From NCBI GenBank assembly GCA_963707985.1, contig CAVPRW010000005.1:126236-190235 (forward strand): a stretch of 64,000 nt of DNA. The letters are read 5' to 3'. The DNA comes from an uncultured Nitrospinota bacterium. GTDB lineage: Bacteria; Tectomicrobia; Entotheonellia; J063; CAVPRW01. This document shows, piece by piece, positions 44,227-56,284 of this stretch. Each line of letters starts with the position of its first letter. Position 1 is the stretch's first letter. The position numbers and the translations under genes are program-made. The notes beneath the pieces were generated by a model. It ran no database searches and was not told where the DNA came from. It saw only the letters and a list, made by a program, of their open reading frames with translations.

Positions 44227-45360
44227 TTACGCTAGAGCCGCATACAACTCCAGCGTCTTTTGTGCGACGCTCTCCCATGTGAAGCATCGGGCGCGGGCGA
44301 GACCCTTCTGAATCAATGCCTCGCGGAGTTGATCCTCGGCCAGAACCTGTGCGATACTCTCGGCGATTGCCTTAGGATCATGCGCATCGACAAGAACGGC
44401 CGCATCGCCTGCCACCTCGGGCATCGATGCGAGATTGGAAGTAATCACTGGGACGCCTGAAGCCATGGCCTCCAGGATCGGCAATCCAAAACCCTCATAC
44501 AGCGATGGGAAAACCAATAGCCGGGCTCCCCGATAGAGGTCGGGAAGATCCTCATCGTCGACAAAGCCGGTGAAGATGATCTCTTCATCCAAGGCTAAGG
44601 TCCTGACCGTGTCAAAGATGTCAGCATAGAGCCAACCCCTTCTCCCAGCGACCACCAGCTTCAAATGCTTGCCACATCCTTCAGCGCGGAGCAGAGCGTA
44701 GGCCTGGAGTAACGTGGTCAGGTTCTTGCGGGGCTCCAGCGTTCCCACAAACAGCAGGTATTGAGACGGCAGACGATACCGTCGCTGCACGGCGTCGAAG
44801 TGTTCAAGGTCGCCCCCCGGATGAAACCGTTCGTCGCACCCCCAGGGAATAACCGCGATCCGTTGCGGGTTAATCTGCAGATGGTGCACGATGTCAGCTT
44901 TGGTGGCCTCGGAGGGAGCAATCACCAGGTCGGCCTGTCGGCGCAAGCGGTAATAGGCGGCCGTCACCACCAGGCGATGCTTGCGTGTCACCCATTGCGG
45001 CCAGAGTAGCGGGATCATATCATGGACGGTGGCGACGTATCGCCCCACCTTCGCGAACAAGGGCACGCCGATGTGATCCAAGCCGTGGAAGAGGTCAATG
45101 TGCTGTGTCCTGAGCCCTCTTGGGATAAAGAATAGAAGCCGTAGCAGACTGCTCTCGATGCCCTGGAAGCGTGTGTCGATGGTGCAATTGGTTCCTTGGA
45201 TGCCTTCCAAGCAGGTGTGAGGACCGGTGAAGATCACGAACTCCATCTGTGGATAATGTTCCGCTGCCATGCGCAGGCAGGATCGCACCAGATTATAAGC
45301 GGAGATGCCGATCCCTCCGGCCCGCGATGAAATCACTTTGCCATCGATGCCGATACGCAT
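44227..45360 (-). CDS. GT4 (group 1) glycosyltransferase
   Basis: [31 protein letters not shown]. Confidence 0.93.
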   Translation of the reverse strand: MRIGIDGKVISSRAGGIGISAYNLVRSCLRMAAEHYPQMEFVIFTGPHTCLEGIQGTNCTIDTRFQGIESSLLRLLFFIPRGLRTQHIDLFHGLDHIGVPLFAKVGRYVATVHDMIPLLWPQWVTRKHRLVVTAAYYRLRRQADLVIAPSEATKADIVHHLQINPQRIAVIPWGCDERFHPGGDLEHFDAVQRRYRLPSQYLLFVGTLEPRKNLTTLLQAYALLRAEGCGKHLKLVVAGRRGWLYADIFDTVRTLALDEEIIFTGFVDDEDLPDLYRGARLLVFPSLYEGFGLPILEAMASGVPVITSNLASMPEVAGDAAVLVDAHDPKAIAESIAQVLAEDQLREALIQKGLARARCFTWESVAQKTLELYAALA

Positions 45361-45376
45361 GTGATGCACGACCCCT

Positions 45377-46517
45377 TTATCCCCCGCCAACGGCGCGGTA
45401 GACGGCTATAGTCTGCTGGGCAACGGCATCCCAGGTGAAGGTCTGGGCCCTGGCAAGCCCCTTGGCACGCAATGCCTGACGTAGTTCGCTATCGCTCAGG
45501 ATCGACGCCATGGCGGCGGCCAGCGCCTCCGGTCGTGTCGGATCGACCAATAGCGCCGCATCCCCGGCGACTTCCGGTAACGAGGCGCGATTTGAGGTGA
45601 TCACAGGCGTGCCACAAGCCATGGCTTCCAGAACAGGCAGCCCAAACCCTTCATAAAGCGAAGGGTACACAAACAACAGCGCGCCGCGATACAGCTCGGG
45701 CAGATGCTCATCGTCGACAAAGCCGGCGAAGTGCACATGAGCATGGAGCTTGAGTGCGTCCACGGTGGACATATAGTCTTCGCCGCCCCAACCTTTTCCG
45801 CCAGCGATGACCAGCGTCAAGTCATCCTGTGGCGTTTCGGCAATGAGCTGGGCAAAGGCCCGAAGCAAGGTCTGAACATTTTTCCGAGGTTCTAGCGTGC
45901 CGACAAACAGGATGTAACGCTCAGGTAGATTGTACCGTCGGCGCAGCGCCGCTGCCTGCACGGGCTCCCCGATGGGTTGGAAGCGGGGCTCACAGCCCAT
46001 AGGGATGATGCTGATGCGCTCCCGCTCCACCCGGAGAAAATGCACGACGTCTTCGGCAGCAGCTGTGGAGGGGACGATCACCCGCTCCGCCTGCTTGCGG
46101 ATGCGCGCGAAGGCTGTGGCCACTACCAGCCGATGCCGCAGCGGAAAGGCCCAGGGGAGGACCAGCGGGATCACGTCATGGATGGTCACGACGTACTTTC
46201 CCGCCTTGCAAAACAGCGGAATGCCCGATTGGTCGAGGCCATGAAAGACCTCGATGCGTTCCAACAGCACCCCGACCGGCAGCAACACGGCTGACCGCAG
46301 AAGAGTGCTTTTGATCCGGCGAAAACGCTCACAGATCGCTAGCCCCAACACCCTTCAACATTTCCCGATCCGTCTGCGGCGCTGTAAAGATCACAAATTC
46401 AAGATCCGGATACTGCTGGACGACAGGGACAGCAGAGCTTCGAGCAGGTGAATGGCATAGCGTCCGATGCCGCCGATGCGCGGTGTCAATACCTTTCCCT
46501 CCAAGCCCAATGCGCAT
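45377..46517 (-). CDS. GT4 (group 1) glycosyltransferase, paralog of the previous gene; several indels at the 5' end
   Basis: [24 protein letters not shown]; start MRIGL at 46517 and [11 protein letters not shown] in a shifted frame. Confidence 0.85.
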
Positions 46518-46530
46518 GCAGTGCCTCATC

Positions 46531-47424
46531 TCATCCGACTCGATGTATTCGGAGATCTGACGCCAACGAATCGACAGCCATCGCATCTCTGCCTCTTACC
46601 TTGGCCGTGCGATGGTATGCGTCGGTGCCCGTGCACAGGATCCACTGTCCGATCCTGAACCAGGCATTCCCCGTGGGTTCGGACTTCCGCGCGATGACGA
46701 TCAGGCTTTGCCCGAATGGTGGTTCCCAGCGCTCTTCCAGCCTCGACAGCCACGGGATCACCCACTGGTCATACCACCGCACGTAGCGAGACTGCAACGT
46801 CATCCGTCTAAGCACTCTCCCGGTGAGAAACCAACCGGCGATACCGAGAAGATTCACATAGGCTAGACGGATAATGCCGAAGCCTGCGACATGGAGTTTG
46901 CGGGCTAGCGACAGTCTTGGTATAGCGCCGATGATGCCCAAAGGCCTGATCTAAGCTGCCATAGATCCGGGGCAGAGCAGGGACCAGGAGCAAGAGCGTG
47001 CCCCCTGGAGTCAGCGCTGCATGGGCGTCACCCAGGAAAGCCTGATCCTCGGCAATGTGCTCCAGAACATTCACTAAGACGATGGAGTCAGCCGTTGCTG
47101 AGATGGCAATACGCTGGAAATAGCCATGGATGATCTTCACGCGGGATTCCTGCGCAAACCGCCGCTGGAGGATTGGGAAGAGATTTTCGCTCGGTTCGAC
47201 GAGGATCAGCTCGGAGACAGGACATGATTCAGCAAGGACTGCGCAAAGGTGCCGATACCAGCGCCGACTTCGATGATCCGTTTCCCGATGAAAGGTGCAA
47301 ATTGTCTGATCACCCACCGGTAATAGTTCTTGGCTTCCGCAAGCGCATGTAATTCCGTACTCACGTAGGCAAATGAGGTAGATTCCACTACGACGCTCCT
47401 CATTGAGCAGGTATCTTCAGGCAT
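46531..47424 (-). CDS. Class I SAM-dependent methyltransferase, split over three ORFs
   Basis: IIEVGAGIGT; NVLEHI..D; LVPALP..YGSLD..FGHHRRY; PPFGQSL, in successive frames. Confidence 0.85.
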
Positions 47425-47464
47425 CGGATTCCCACGTCAGCAGTCGCCCAAACACTGTGAAGGG

Positions 47465-48172
47465 CTAATCGAAAAACCGGTAGCGGATGATGTGAAAGAG
47501 GGCAGCAATCCCATCCCGCCAACTGATCTTCTTGCCCTCCGCATACGTCCGCCCATGGTAGGAAATGGGCACCTCATAGATGCGACACCCAAGCTTGGCG
47601 ACCTTGACCGTGATTTCAGGTTCGAAGCCGAATCGACTGGAGTGTAGTTGAATTTGCTTGAGGATCTCGGTACGAAAGACCTTATAGCCCACTTCCATGT
47701 CCGTGAGGTTGAGATTGGTCACCATATTGCACAAGGTGGTCAGGAATCGATTGCCCACGGCGTGCCAGAAGTACAGCACTCGGTGGGCTCCCCCGTGGAA
47801 ACGGTTGCCGAAGACGACATCCGCATGACCATCGAGAATCGGCTTGAGCAGGGCTGCCATAATCTTGTGGGTCGTATTCGAGGTCGGCGTCCTGGATGAG
47901 GACCATCGTGCCCGTGGCATGGGTCATCGCTGTGCGGATGGCAGCACCCTTACCGAGATTTCGCTCATGCAAGAACACCTTGACCTCGCCGTTCTCACGT
48001 CCCTTCGCTGGTGACGAGGTCTTGGAGGAACTCCCGGGTCCCATCCACCGAGCAGTCATCCACGAAAATCAATTCCAACGGCACCTGGACCGGCGCCGCG
48101 CGTATCCTCCTGATGATCTCGGAGATCGTGCGCGATCTCATTGTAGACTGGTACGATCACAGAAAGCTTCAT
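47465..48172 (-). CDS. GT2 glycosyltransferase (DPM1-like), multiply frameshifted
   Basis: [12 protein letters not shown] start, [39 protein letters not shown]. Confidence 0.88.
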
Positions 48173-48328
48173 GCCCCTTCGCTCCTCTCTGCTGGCTTGA
48201 GTCCTCGCTGGTGTCCTCGGACCGATCACATGGCTCGCTCCTGAGTATTGTCGGATAGGCTTGGGCGCAACTGCAGACAGGCTTATAGTTTATCGCAATT
48301 CTCCCAGTTTTGCTTTTAGAGTGAGCTC

Positions 48329-48697
48329 CTACCCTCCGGGAGGTGGGTCTGTAACCCGTATGGGCACGTGCAACGGAGTGGTGCCCTGATTGGCAAACGA
48401 CGTTACTTGCACGCTCACGAGACCTAATTCCAGCAGATAATTCCCCGGTTTCTTAGGTGTGGCGATCTCGAGTGTGAATTCATACGCCTGACCGGGGAGA
48501 ACATCATAGCACAAGAGCCAGCCTCCCTCCACGACGGGGCTTTCATGCTCTTCTTCGAACCAACGCCATCTCAAGCGTACCTCACCCTTCTCCCACTGCG
48601 CCCGATCCAGCCAAGCCGCCCCACCAGTGTTCACGACGGTGACACGACAGAGTAAAAAGCCACCCGGCAGCAACATAGCCCCTGGGAGAGTGTTCAA
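48329..48697 (-). pseudogene. C-terminal Ig-like domain fragment of a membrane protein truncated by an IS
   Basis: VVNTGGAAW...VRLRWRW...DVLPGQ...PGNYLLELGLV; begins at the IS end. Confidence 0.6.
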
Positions 48698-49780
48698 TAA
48701 GGTTCATCTCGATTAGACCATTGGTTGCCAGGGTGTCAACCGTACTCGAAAATTGTGCAATGCACAGCAGACTTCCATGATCAGGTCGCGGACGCCCGCC
48801 TTTCGGAGGCGGCAGGTGTCGTGGACAATGCGGCAGCGCTTGACGCTGCTGTTGATGTACTCAATGCGGACGCGGCGACGTGCAAGGCGTCGATTGGAGG
48901 TTTTTTGGCGGCGCGTGAGGGCTCGGCCGCGGGGCTTGCGGGTTGGCATGATGATCTCGACCTGGTCGCGCGTGAACGCCAGGAAGCCCAGGTCCTGGAG
49001 CAACCGACTGCCCGCGGGTAAGGGATAGGGCGTGGCCTCCGCAATCCGCTTGTCGTGGGTACTCCCCGCAGAGGTCTCACTCAGGAAGAGGATGGTGAGC
49101 ACGGCGTTGATCAGCAGCACATTTTTGACCGTGTGGCACTTTTTCTTGCCGATATAATGGCGCATCTGCTCAGTCGGATCGTGGGGACGCCCGACGCGCC
49201 GTTCGGTGCCATCATGCCCAAAAGGGGGGAGGCAGGGACCTGGGCCGATGCCGGGGCAGGCGGATCGCATGGATTCGGCGGCTCCTGCACCGGCACGACC
49301 AGCGCGCTCGCGTCCGTCTCGGTCACCTTGAGGCGCTTCGCTAGCTCGGTCACGGACCGGGTGGGCGCATCCCCCAGCGCACGTAGCGTCGCTTGCAGGA
49401 CGGTTAACAAGACATGAATCCACTGATGGGCTTTGCTCTGGCCCATGCAAACAGTCGCCCTTGCACGACTTGGAGCGGATAGGTCTTCAGGTAGACCAGG
49501 ATAAACAGGAGCCGATCCTCGGGCGTCGGCAGTGGGCAGTTCTGGTAGGGGGTGTACCGACGGGCGGTGCGCGGTTGTCCGTCGAGCCGCCATGCCGCCA
49601 TATGGTCTTGGAATGCGGTCTCAAAGGGTGGCACCAACTGCCGAAACTCATCCAGCGTGAGACTAGTCAAATCGAGCACCTCGGTCGAACGGGTCTGGAG
49701 ATCAGCGAACCGTAACGTACCCATAGCGGTGGCCTCCTTTCGTTGGAGGCCCAGGATATCATGAATCGAGATGAACTCTA
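48698..49780 (-). mobile_element. IS5-like element (HTH + DDE_Tnp_4 type); transposase 48713-49724 in three frames
   Basis: TIRs TAAGGTTCATCTCGATT (48698-48714) and TAGAGTTCATCTCGATT (reverse complement of 49764-49780); DLTSLT, HDGTER, THDK, QDLGF, RIEY. Confidence 0.88.
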
Positions 49781-49836
49781 AGCCTTCACGTGCGACTGGA
49801 AGCCATCCACGACAGCCAACTCTGTGTAAAATCGAC

Positions 49837-50055
49837 CTATTCGATGAATGTGGCCCAATTTCGCATGATTGGTTGCCGTCTATGTTCTTGTCCGAACGCT
49901 TCCCTTCTTCCTTCTGGAGTCGTTAGACTAGCAATTTCGTACGTTTTTTCTAGATTGTCCTTCTGTGGCACTGTGAGTATTGCCCACCCATCCTGTGCAA
50001 GGATTCGCATGCAGCTAGGAGGAGGCCAGTCAGCAAGCACTCGAAGACCTTCCAA
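49837..50055 (-). pseudogene. Remnant of a SAM methyltransferase C-terminus
   Basis: RILAQDGWAILTVP...TYE...FGQEH; no N-terminal SAM motif. Confidence 0.45.
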
Positions 50056-50088
50056 GGAAATTACCTGAACTCTGGCTCATGGTGAACT

Positions 50089-51549
50089 CTAGTGTGCTGC
50101 TAGAGAATAACTCGCTACGAATGCGTTACCCGGTAATGTATCAAATAGGCTCTTATCCTCTTTTTGAAAATGTTTGTTACATAACTCTACAACACGCTGA
50201 TTACGGGGCGCCGCCATATAGAACAGTACAATTTTCTTGAGCTTTCTTCGCATTGCCTCGATATGTATCTTTTCTAACAATTCATTATCCGTCATATTGT
50301 CGGGCACGACGAGAATGTCACTGATTTGAACCCCAAACATCTTATAATAATACTCACCTATCTGAATTATAGCATCATAGTCGAGAGTTATCCAAAGAAT
50401 TTCACTGTACTCTCTCTGAAGCCGTGCTACCTCGCGTGTAACATCGCGAAAATATCCCTTGGTTGGAACTGTGTAGTAAGCATTATGATATAACCACCAA
50501 CTAGAACCAACTGAAACCAATAACAACGTGATAGGGGTAAACACTTTAATGGGAATGGAAGTAATGCTCATCGCAGCCAACATGATGATGGGTGGAGCAA
50601 AAACAAGCATTATACGAGGAATAAGAACTGTCACATGGGGAGAGATTAAGGATACCATGATCACCCCAGTCAGAGGCAGGATCGACAATGCACTTAAATT
50701 TAAAATCTTCAATAAGTCCGCCCGATCTCTTTTATACCAAACAAAAATTACCGAGATAATAATCATCAATAAATATAAAATAAATATTCTTATATCTATA
50801 AATAACCATGATATCGTATTCTTTACCCCATCAAAAGTAACTGGACTTGGCCAAAATGGTCCCATAACGGATCTTTTATACACAAAATGAGGTATACTCG
50901 GACACATTAGTAAGAACGTTGCAATGCCGAGCCTCATTCCCTTGACTAACTTTCTTCTCCATATTGTATTAACTCCAATGAACCCAACACTTAATAATGC
51001 TATGATATAAAATATACTAATGTAATGTGTAGCAAATAGGGCCGCACACGTCGTGGCTAACAACCATCGACATTTTCTCGTTGGATTTTCCAGATACCGA
51101 AATAAAGTGCCAGTGGCAACAGTGGCTAACAAAAAGGATAGCGAATAGGAACGCAACTCTTGAGAGTAATAGATGTGAATCGGCCAAAAAGTGATTAATA
51201 CGGAATTTGCAAAAGCTGTGATAGAACCAAATGTTTTTTTAAAAACTAAAAAAGATATAAGACCAGTGATAATACCGAATAATGCCGGTAGCATTCGGAG
51301 CGTAAATTCCGACGTTCCAAACACCAAACTCCATAGATAGACTAATACATTGAAAAGCGGTGGATGGACGTCGTCCAACAACTCATAAGCCATAGCCTTG
51401 AAAGGGATTACAGTTACACGAGCGGTATATAACTCGTCATACCAAAAGCCGTTAAGGGTCAACGATGGGAGACGTAGCGCAGCTGCACTTAACAGCAAAA
51501 GGATAGCAACGAAAATGTGTCTTCTATCGAGGCTAAGGTGAGTTCTCAC
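50089..51549 (-). CDS. GT-C fold membrane glycosyltransferase (PMT_2/GT39-like), AT-rich
   Basis: FWYDE, DVHPPL, LRMLPALFG, YSQELRSYSL; many TM segments. Confidence 0.85.
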   Translation of the reverse strand: MRTHLSLDRRHIFVAILLLLSAAALRLPSLTLNGFWYDELYTARVTVIPFKAMAYELLDDVHPPLFNVLVYLWSLVFGTSEFTLRMLPALFGIITGLISFLVFKKTFGSITAFANSVLITFWPIHIYYSQELRSYSLSFLLATVATGTLFRYLENPTRKCRWLLATTCAALFATHYISIFYIIALLSVGFIGVNTIWRRKLVKGMRLGIATFLLMCPSIPHFVYKRSVMGPFWPSPVTFDGVKNTISWLFIDIRIFILYLLMIIISVIFVWYKRDRADLLKILNLSALSILPLTGVIMVSLISPHVTVLIPRIMLVFAPPIIMLAAMSITSIPIKVFTPITLLLVSVGSSWWLYHNAYYTVPTKGYFRDVTREVARLQREYSEILWITLDYDAIIQIGEYYYKMFGVQISDILVVPDNMTDNELLEKIHIEAMRRKLKKIVLFYMAAPRNQRVVELCNKHFQKEDKSLFDTLPGNAFVASYSLAAH

Positions 51550-51681
51550 CGGATGTATACCTTACTTTGTATGTAATTCATGTCTCAGCCAATGCTCTAC
51601 GACGTTGGGTGCTTTCCGCATTAGAGCTTATGTATTAGAGTTCATTCCAATTAAACCATTAGACACTTTCAATATTTATTA

Positions 51682-53204
51682 CTCGGCTGTTGTGATTTGG
51701 GGCAGTCAGCTAAATCATTCAGACACCATGCCACGCTGCTTAGCAAATAATTGTGCAAAGAGATAGTCAACCGTGGCGCCTTGGGACAATTGGTCGTGGA
51801 CGAACGCCAGAAGCCGTTGAAGCACCGCGCGCCCTTGTTGCCGACAGGCGTCCCCAATAGTTTGGATGAGGCCCTGCGTTCGATCCGGTACGGTAGGCAG
51901 ACACGTCAAGTGCAGCAGCGAGTAGGCCACGAAGACCAGACACCAATGTTTCCCAATGGCTTCGGCACTCCGCATCCGATATTCGTTGAAGCCCAGGTGC
52001 CCCTGACCGTCCTGATCACACGTGTCCGTCGGCCACCGTTGCAAGTACAAACCGATGATTTTGGCCGCGCTCCAGTCCACTCGATTCGTCACCAGCACCA
52101 CCGAGCGGCCCGTCAAGGCTTCGTCCTCAAAGCTCACGACGATCCGGACCTTGCCCAAGCCGGCGATGCGGACCCGCAGGGTGAAGCACCAGTCGGTCTG
52201 CTCGCGGACTTTGATGGCGCGATAGGCGGTAGCCGGGATCAGGGGCACGAGCTCCTCGACCGCGATGCGTGGGCCTGGCAGCTTCATCGCCCAGCCGTTA
52301 ACGTCCCGCAGCTGAAAACTGGCGGTTTCCAACCCGCGATTCTTTTTGAGCAGACTGATCCAATCCTTCCGCCGTCGGGCCAAGACCCGGACCAAATCCT
52401 CGGCCAGGTCCCAGGCGTCGAAGACCACCACGCCAAACGGCACTTTGCGCCCGATGGCCTCTTCTACGAGGTCAATGGCCAGGGCAATTTTGGTCCGAAA
52501 CGGCGCATGCCGCGCGCGACACTCGGGATCCTGGAGCAGCCCCGGGTCCACCTGCTTCTGGAGACGATTCCGTGCCTTTTTCTCTCTCGGGATGGGGAGT
52601 TATGGAAAATGCTTGGCCACCGAGGCTTCCCACTGCGTGAGTTCCTCATACCGGCGATAGAGACGCAGGCCCAGGGGGAAGCGGACTGGCCCACTCACAG
52701 ACAAGCTGGTGACCGGGTTATGGGCCAGGGGATAGGTGCCATCACTGTGGTTATAGTGGCGGTCCACATAATCAAAGAGGCTGCCCACATGTTCGCACAG
52801 AGTATCATCCAGGACCACCAGCGACTCCCGATGCCGCTGCCGATGGGTCTGGGTCTGCTGGAGCATGAACCGGATGCGGCGGCGATTGACGGCGTCCTCC
52901 CGCCAGGGGGCCTCCGAGAGAAAGCGGGAGAGGTTGGTTTTGTCAGCACTGTCGAGGATGCAGCGGGCGATATTGGCCATGCTTTTGTCGGGCAGGACGA
53001 TCAGGCCGGTCAAATAGTGCTGGCAATGCCGAAACTGACACTGGTTGTCAAACAAGTCGCGGAAGACCGCGGTGTGCTCGCTGACGACGGGAGCTGGCGC
53101 CACTATCGGCATCTCCATCACACACCCCCTTGTTCTTCGCAGAGTTTTGAGCCTGGCTCAAGGGTAGCATGGGGGTCCCAGCATGGCAAATCACACCTGT
53201 CGAG
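51682..53204 (-). mobile_element. IS701-like element; transposase 51715-53121 frameshifted near 52600 and degenerate
   Basis: TIRs CTCGGCTGTTGTGATTTG (51682-51699) and CTCGACAGGTGTGATTTG (reverse complement of 53187-53204); YLTGL, LSRFLSEAPW, LDDT, FDAW. Confidence 0.88.
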
Positions 53205-53284
53205 ATATGGAAAAATCAAAGTGCCCCTGTCTTGATGATTACTGCGACAGGAAACATACTTCTCATGCCTGCACCTGGTTCAGC

Positions 53285-54907
53285 TCATGGGGCCACCATG
53301 GCCTCAATGTCCGCCAACAACTCCTTCCGGAGACGCCTGAGGCGCTTTACCAGACGGCGACCTCCCTCCGGCGCCGCGGCCTGGCATAGCTCCGCCAGCA
53401 ACCACTCCAGCTGGCCTCCGGCCTCAAGCTCCTGCTGCCAATGCGCCACTGCCTCCGGCTCCGGCTTCTGCCCTAGTAACGCCAGGTACGCTTGCTCCAC
53501 CAGTACCTGATACTGCCATGATTTGGCAACCCCAGCGAGGACCTGCATCTCGCAGACCAGCGGCGGCGAGCCCCTGTCGGAAAACCAGCACACGCCCTCT
53601 TCGACCACGTCAACAAAAAGCTCATAGAGGCCCGGAGTGTCCGGCAGCAAGACCTCCAGCAGCACGGTTTCTTTGCTGCCCGGAGATGAGACAGTTGGCG
53701 GCACAGGCATGCCCTCGAGCTCGCGGAGGATACGACCGGTATGTGAGCGCAAACGTACCCCAATCTTATACCGGCGACTTCCTTCGGCGCGCCATGCCGA
53801 GGGGCTAAGGTTCTCCACCGTCAGCAGGCGAGCGATTCGACTGCCTGCCGAGCCCGTCAGAGCATCGCGATCCAAGCTCAGACCCGCCATATAGCGTCCC
53901 GCCGTGATTCCGCCATCGAGCTGCAGTAGCTCCATACGCTTCTCTGCGTTCAGGGCATTATAGGGGTCTTCGCCTCCATAGACGCGTCCGGCACCCTCGC
54001 CCGCAAACAGCCGTGTCGCCGCCTCGCTGCCTGCCGTATAGCGCTTGGAGGCCCCCTCGGTATGCGTGAGCACCCACTTCAGCGGCACGCCGATGTCGGC
54101 CGCTCGCCGACGGGCCTCATCCAACTCCTCATCGCTATCGTTCCATTCAAAGAGGATGTATTGCCAGATAATCTGCACCCGCTCGGCCGTACCCGCACGC
54201 TCACATGCGCGCACGAGCGCCTCCATGTTCGCCAGGGCTCTCTGCAAGTTGCCATTCACGCGGTAGCGGCTATAGCTTTCCTGCCACGCCCCATCGATGG
54301 AGAACACGATGAGATCGATGAGGGGTTCCGCGGCCAGTGCCTCGATCTTCTTCGCATTCAACGCCAGCCCATTCGTGCTCGTGTGTATGAGGATGTCAGG
54401 CCGTTGCCGGCGAACCGTCTGCAAGAAGGGAATCGCGTCTTTATGCAAGAAGGACTCCCCATAGTCGTAGAAGAGAATCAGTTCCAGATCGGGCAACTGC
54501 TCCACCACGCTCAGCATGACCTCGAGCGGCAAGAGATTAGCGCGGTCGTCCCGAAACGCTGGCTCGGTGTGAAAGTGGGTGACCGGGCAGGCCGGGCACT
54601 TGAGATTGCAGTAGGAGGTGGGCTCCAATTGCAGCTTGCGCACCACCCGTCCAGTCAATCCGTCCCGCGGCGTGGCCCGCGAGACACGTCCGGAGCACTC
54701 GGCCTGGAGCACTGGACACCAGGCATCGGGTTTGGTGGTGAGCTGCCAGCGCCGCAGATCTTGATAGATCGGTCCGTTGTACACATCCGCAATGCGGTCA
54801 CGATAGACATTGCCATACACCTGCTTGCCCGCTGAATCATGACATGAGCACACGATATCGCCGTTGGCCAGAACGCAGATCTCGTCGAAGATCATGCGGC
54901 AAATCAT
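53285..54907 (-). CDS. Radical SAM protein with N-terminal SPASM-like, Ig-like and DUF4214-like domains
   Basis: CNLKCPAC (CxxxCxxC), YGESFLH, STNG, FSIDG; N-terminal C...NGDIVCSCHD..GNV; C-terminal AYLALLGQKPEPEA. Confidence 0.82.
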   Translation of the reverse strand: MICRMIFDEICVLANGDIVCSCHDSAGKQVYGNVYRDRIADVYNGPIYQDLRRWQLTTKPDAWCPVLQAECSGRVSRATPRDGLTGRVVRKLQLEPTSYCNLKCPACPVTHFHTEPAFRDDRANLLPLEVMLSVVEQLPDLELILFYDYGESFLHKDAIPFLQTVRRQRPDILIHTSTNGLALNAKKIEALAAEPLIDLIVFSIDGAWQESYSRYRVNGNLQRALANMEALVRACERAGTAERVQIIWQYILFEWNDSDEELDEARRRAADIGVPLKWVLTHTEGASKRYTAGSEAATRLFAGEGAGRVYGGEDPYNALNAEKRMELLQLDGGITAGRYMAGLSLDRDALTGSAGSRIARLLTVENLSPSAWRAEGSRRYKIGVRLRSHTGRILRELEGMPVPPTVSSPGSKETVLLEVLLPDTPGLYELFVDVVEEGVCWFSDRGSPPLVCEMQVLAGVAKSWQYQVLVEQAYLALLGQKPEPEAVAHWQQELEAGGQLEWLLAELCQAAAPEGGRRLVKRLRRLRKELLADIEAMVAP

Positions 54908-55894
54908 GGGTGGCAGGGAGGGGCGACGTGAAGCGCTCGAGGAATGCTGGCAATTTCATGGCTTCTCATCCTCATGACCGAATCTGGACAGTATAAGCGA
55001 CCTGGTGATCCCCCTCACCGGGGAGGCTCATCGCTCCAACAGTCATCAAGGCATGGAGAACAGCACGGACGCGTGGCAGCTCAAGAATCCGTCGGCCACG
55101 CTACCTCCGGTGCCTTTGGTCGAAGCGCTTCTCATTGCGATTGGCTTGCTGATAGTCACAGGTGATGTGCAGTGTCCACGAGTGACCGCTGCTCGACATC
55201 GCCTCTGTGAAGGAGGAGACCTGCAAAAGTTCCTGGCCAGAATAACAAGGCTCTTGAGCCATGTCAAGCTTAAACGGCCGGTTCCGGACATTCAAAGACA
55301 AGTGTCATGCGCCGCAGGGGCATGCGCCCAAGATGGTGGCGACAGACGGGGGGAAGGAGAGCCAATGGGTTTGTAGAGAAAGGAATGGTTTATGCCGTCA
55401 TTCCCGCGAGGGCCCATTGACATCGGCACTCAGCTCGACTACTCTTGCCCCAACAACCACCAGTCTGGTGGTCCGGTGCCGCAGTGAGTGCTCCCCGTGT
55501 GGCTTTCCGGCAAGATAGCTCGCCTGGGTATGGAATGGAGTCGTGGAGGAGGTCATGACCCATGAGGAGGTTCTAGCCGGAGAAGAGCGGCTCCGGTCAG
55601 GCAAGAGCGTGCTGGACGTCGGCTGTCACGCGGGTTTCATTGATGGTGACCCGAGCCGGAGTGCCACCGGATTGTGTCAGGAAACAGGAAGTCACCGTGT
55701 GAATCATGGTCTCTTTTTGGTCATGCTACGCTAGGGGAAGGGCATTTCCCCCTCCGCTTGTGGGAGACACCTACAAGGCGTCGACCGTCATGGACACGGA
55801 TGTCAGACGTGGAGGTGAGAGGCGGAAATGCTCGGAGAGCGGCATAGTGCACAGGTGAGAAACATGACTGTTGGTGCCAGGAGGAACTTTGAAG

Positions 55895-56250
55895 CGCGGC
55901 GGCGGCCTGGAGAGCCAGCAGCTCATCTATCAGAGTGTCGTCCATACGGCTGCGAAACTGTGCCAGAGTTTCGGGCAAGACAAAGTGCTCCTGCGGGCTA
56001 TCGAGTTGCACTTCGTCGAGGCCACACACATACATGACTGCCACATCGGTGCGCAACCGCTCGCAGATGGCTTCATCCGACGCGCCCACTTCATGTTTGA
56101 GCAGCTCCAGTGCCAGCAAGACGCGTGTCGGGACCGGGTGGCGACCACCATTGGCGCGTTTGGGGAAGCGGCTGGCAAAGCTTTGCTCAACGGCTTCGAC
56201 TAACTTGGTCCAGGGAAATGTATCGGTCCATTGGCGGATGGAATTGGTTT
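55895..56250 (-). pseudogene. N-terminal fragment of a DDE transposase (IS5/IS1182-like)
   Basis: LALELLKHE.GASDE.ICERLRTD...PETLAQFRSR; homologous to the start of the plus-strand fragment. Confidence 0.65.
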
Positions 56251-56284
56251 TGAGGAGGGGGAAAATTAGTAACCACTATGTAGC

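Noticed and set aside
51751..53235. 494 aa plus-strand ORF
   Set aside because: Antisense shadow of the IS701-like transposase with no recognisable motifs
55330..55734. Possible methyltransferase fragment (KSVLDVGCHAG)
   Set aside because: A single short motif in a stop-interrupted region; not enough to annotate
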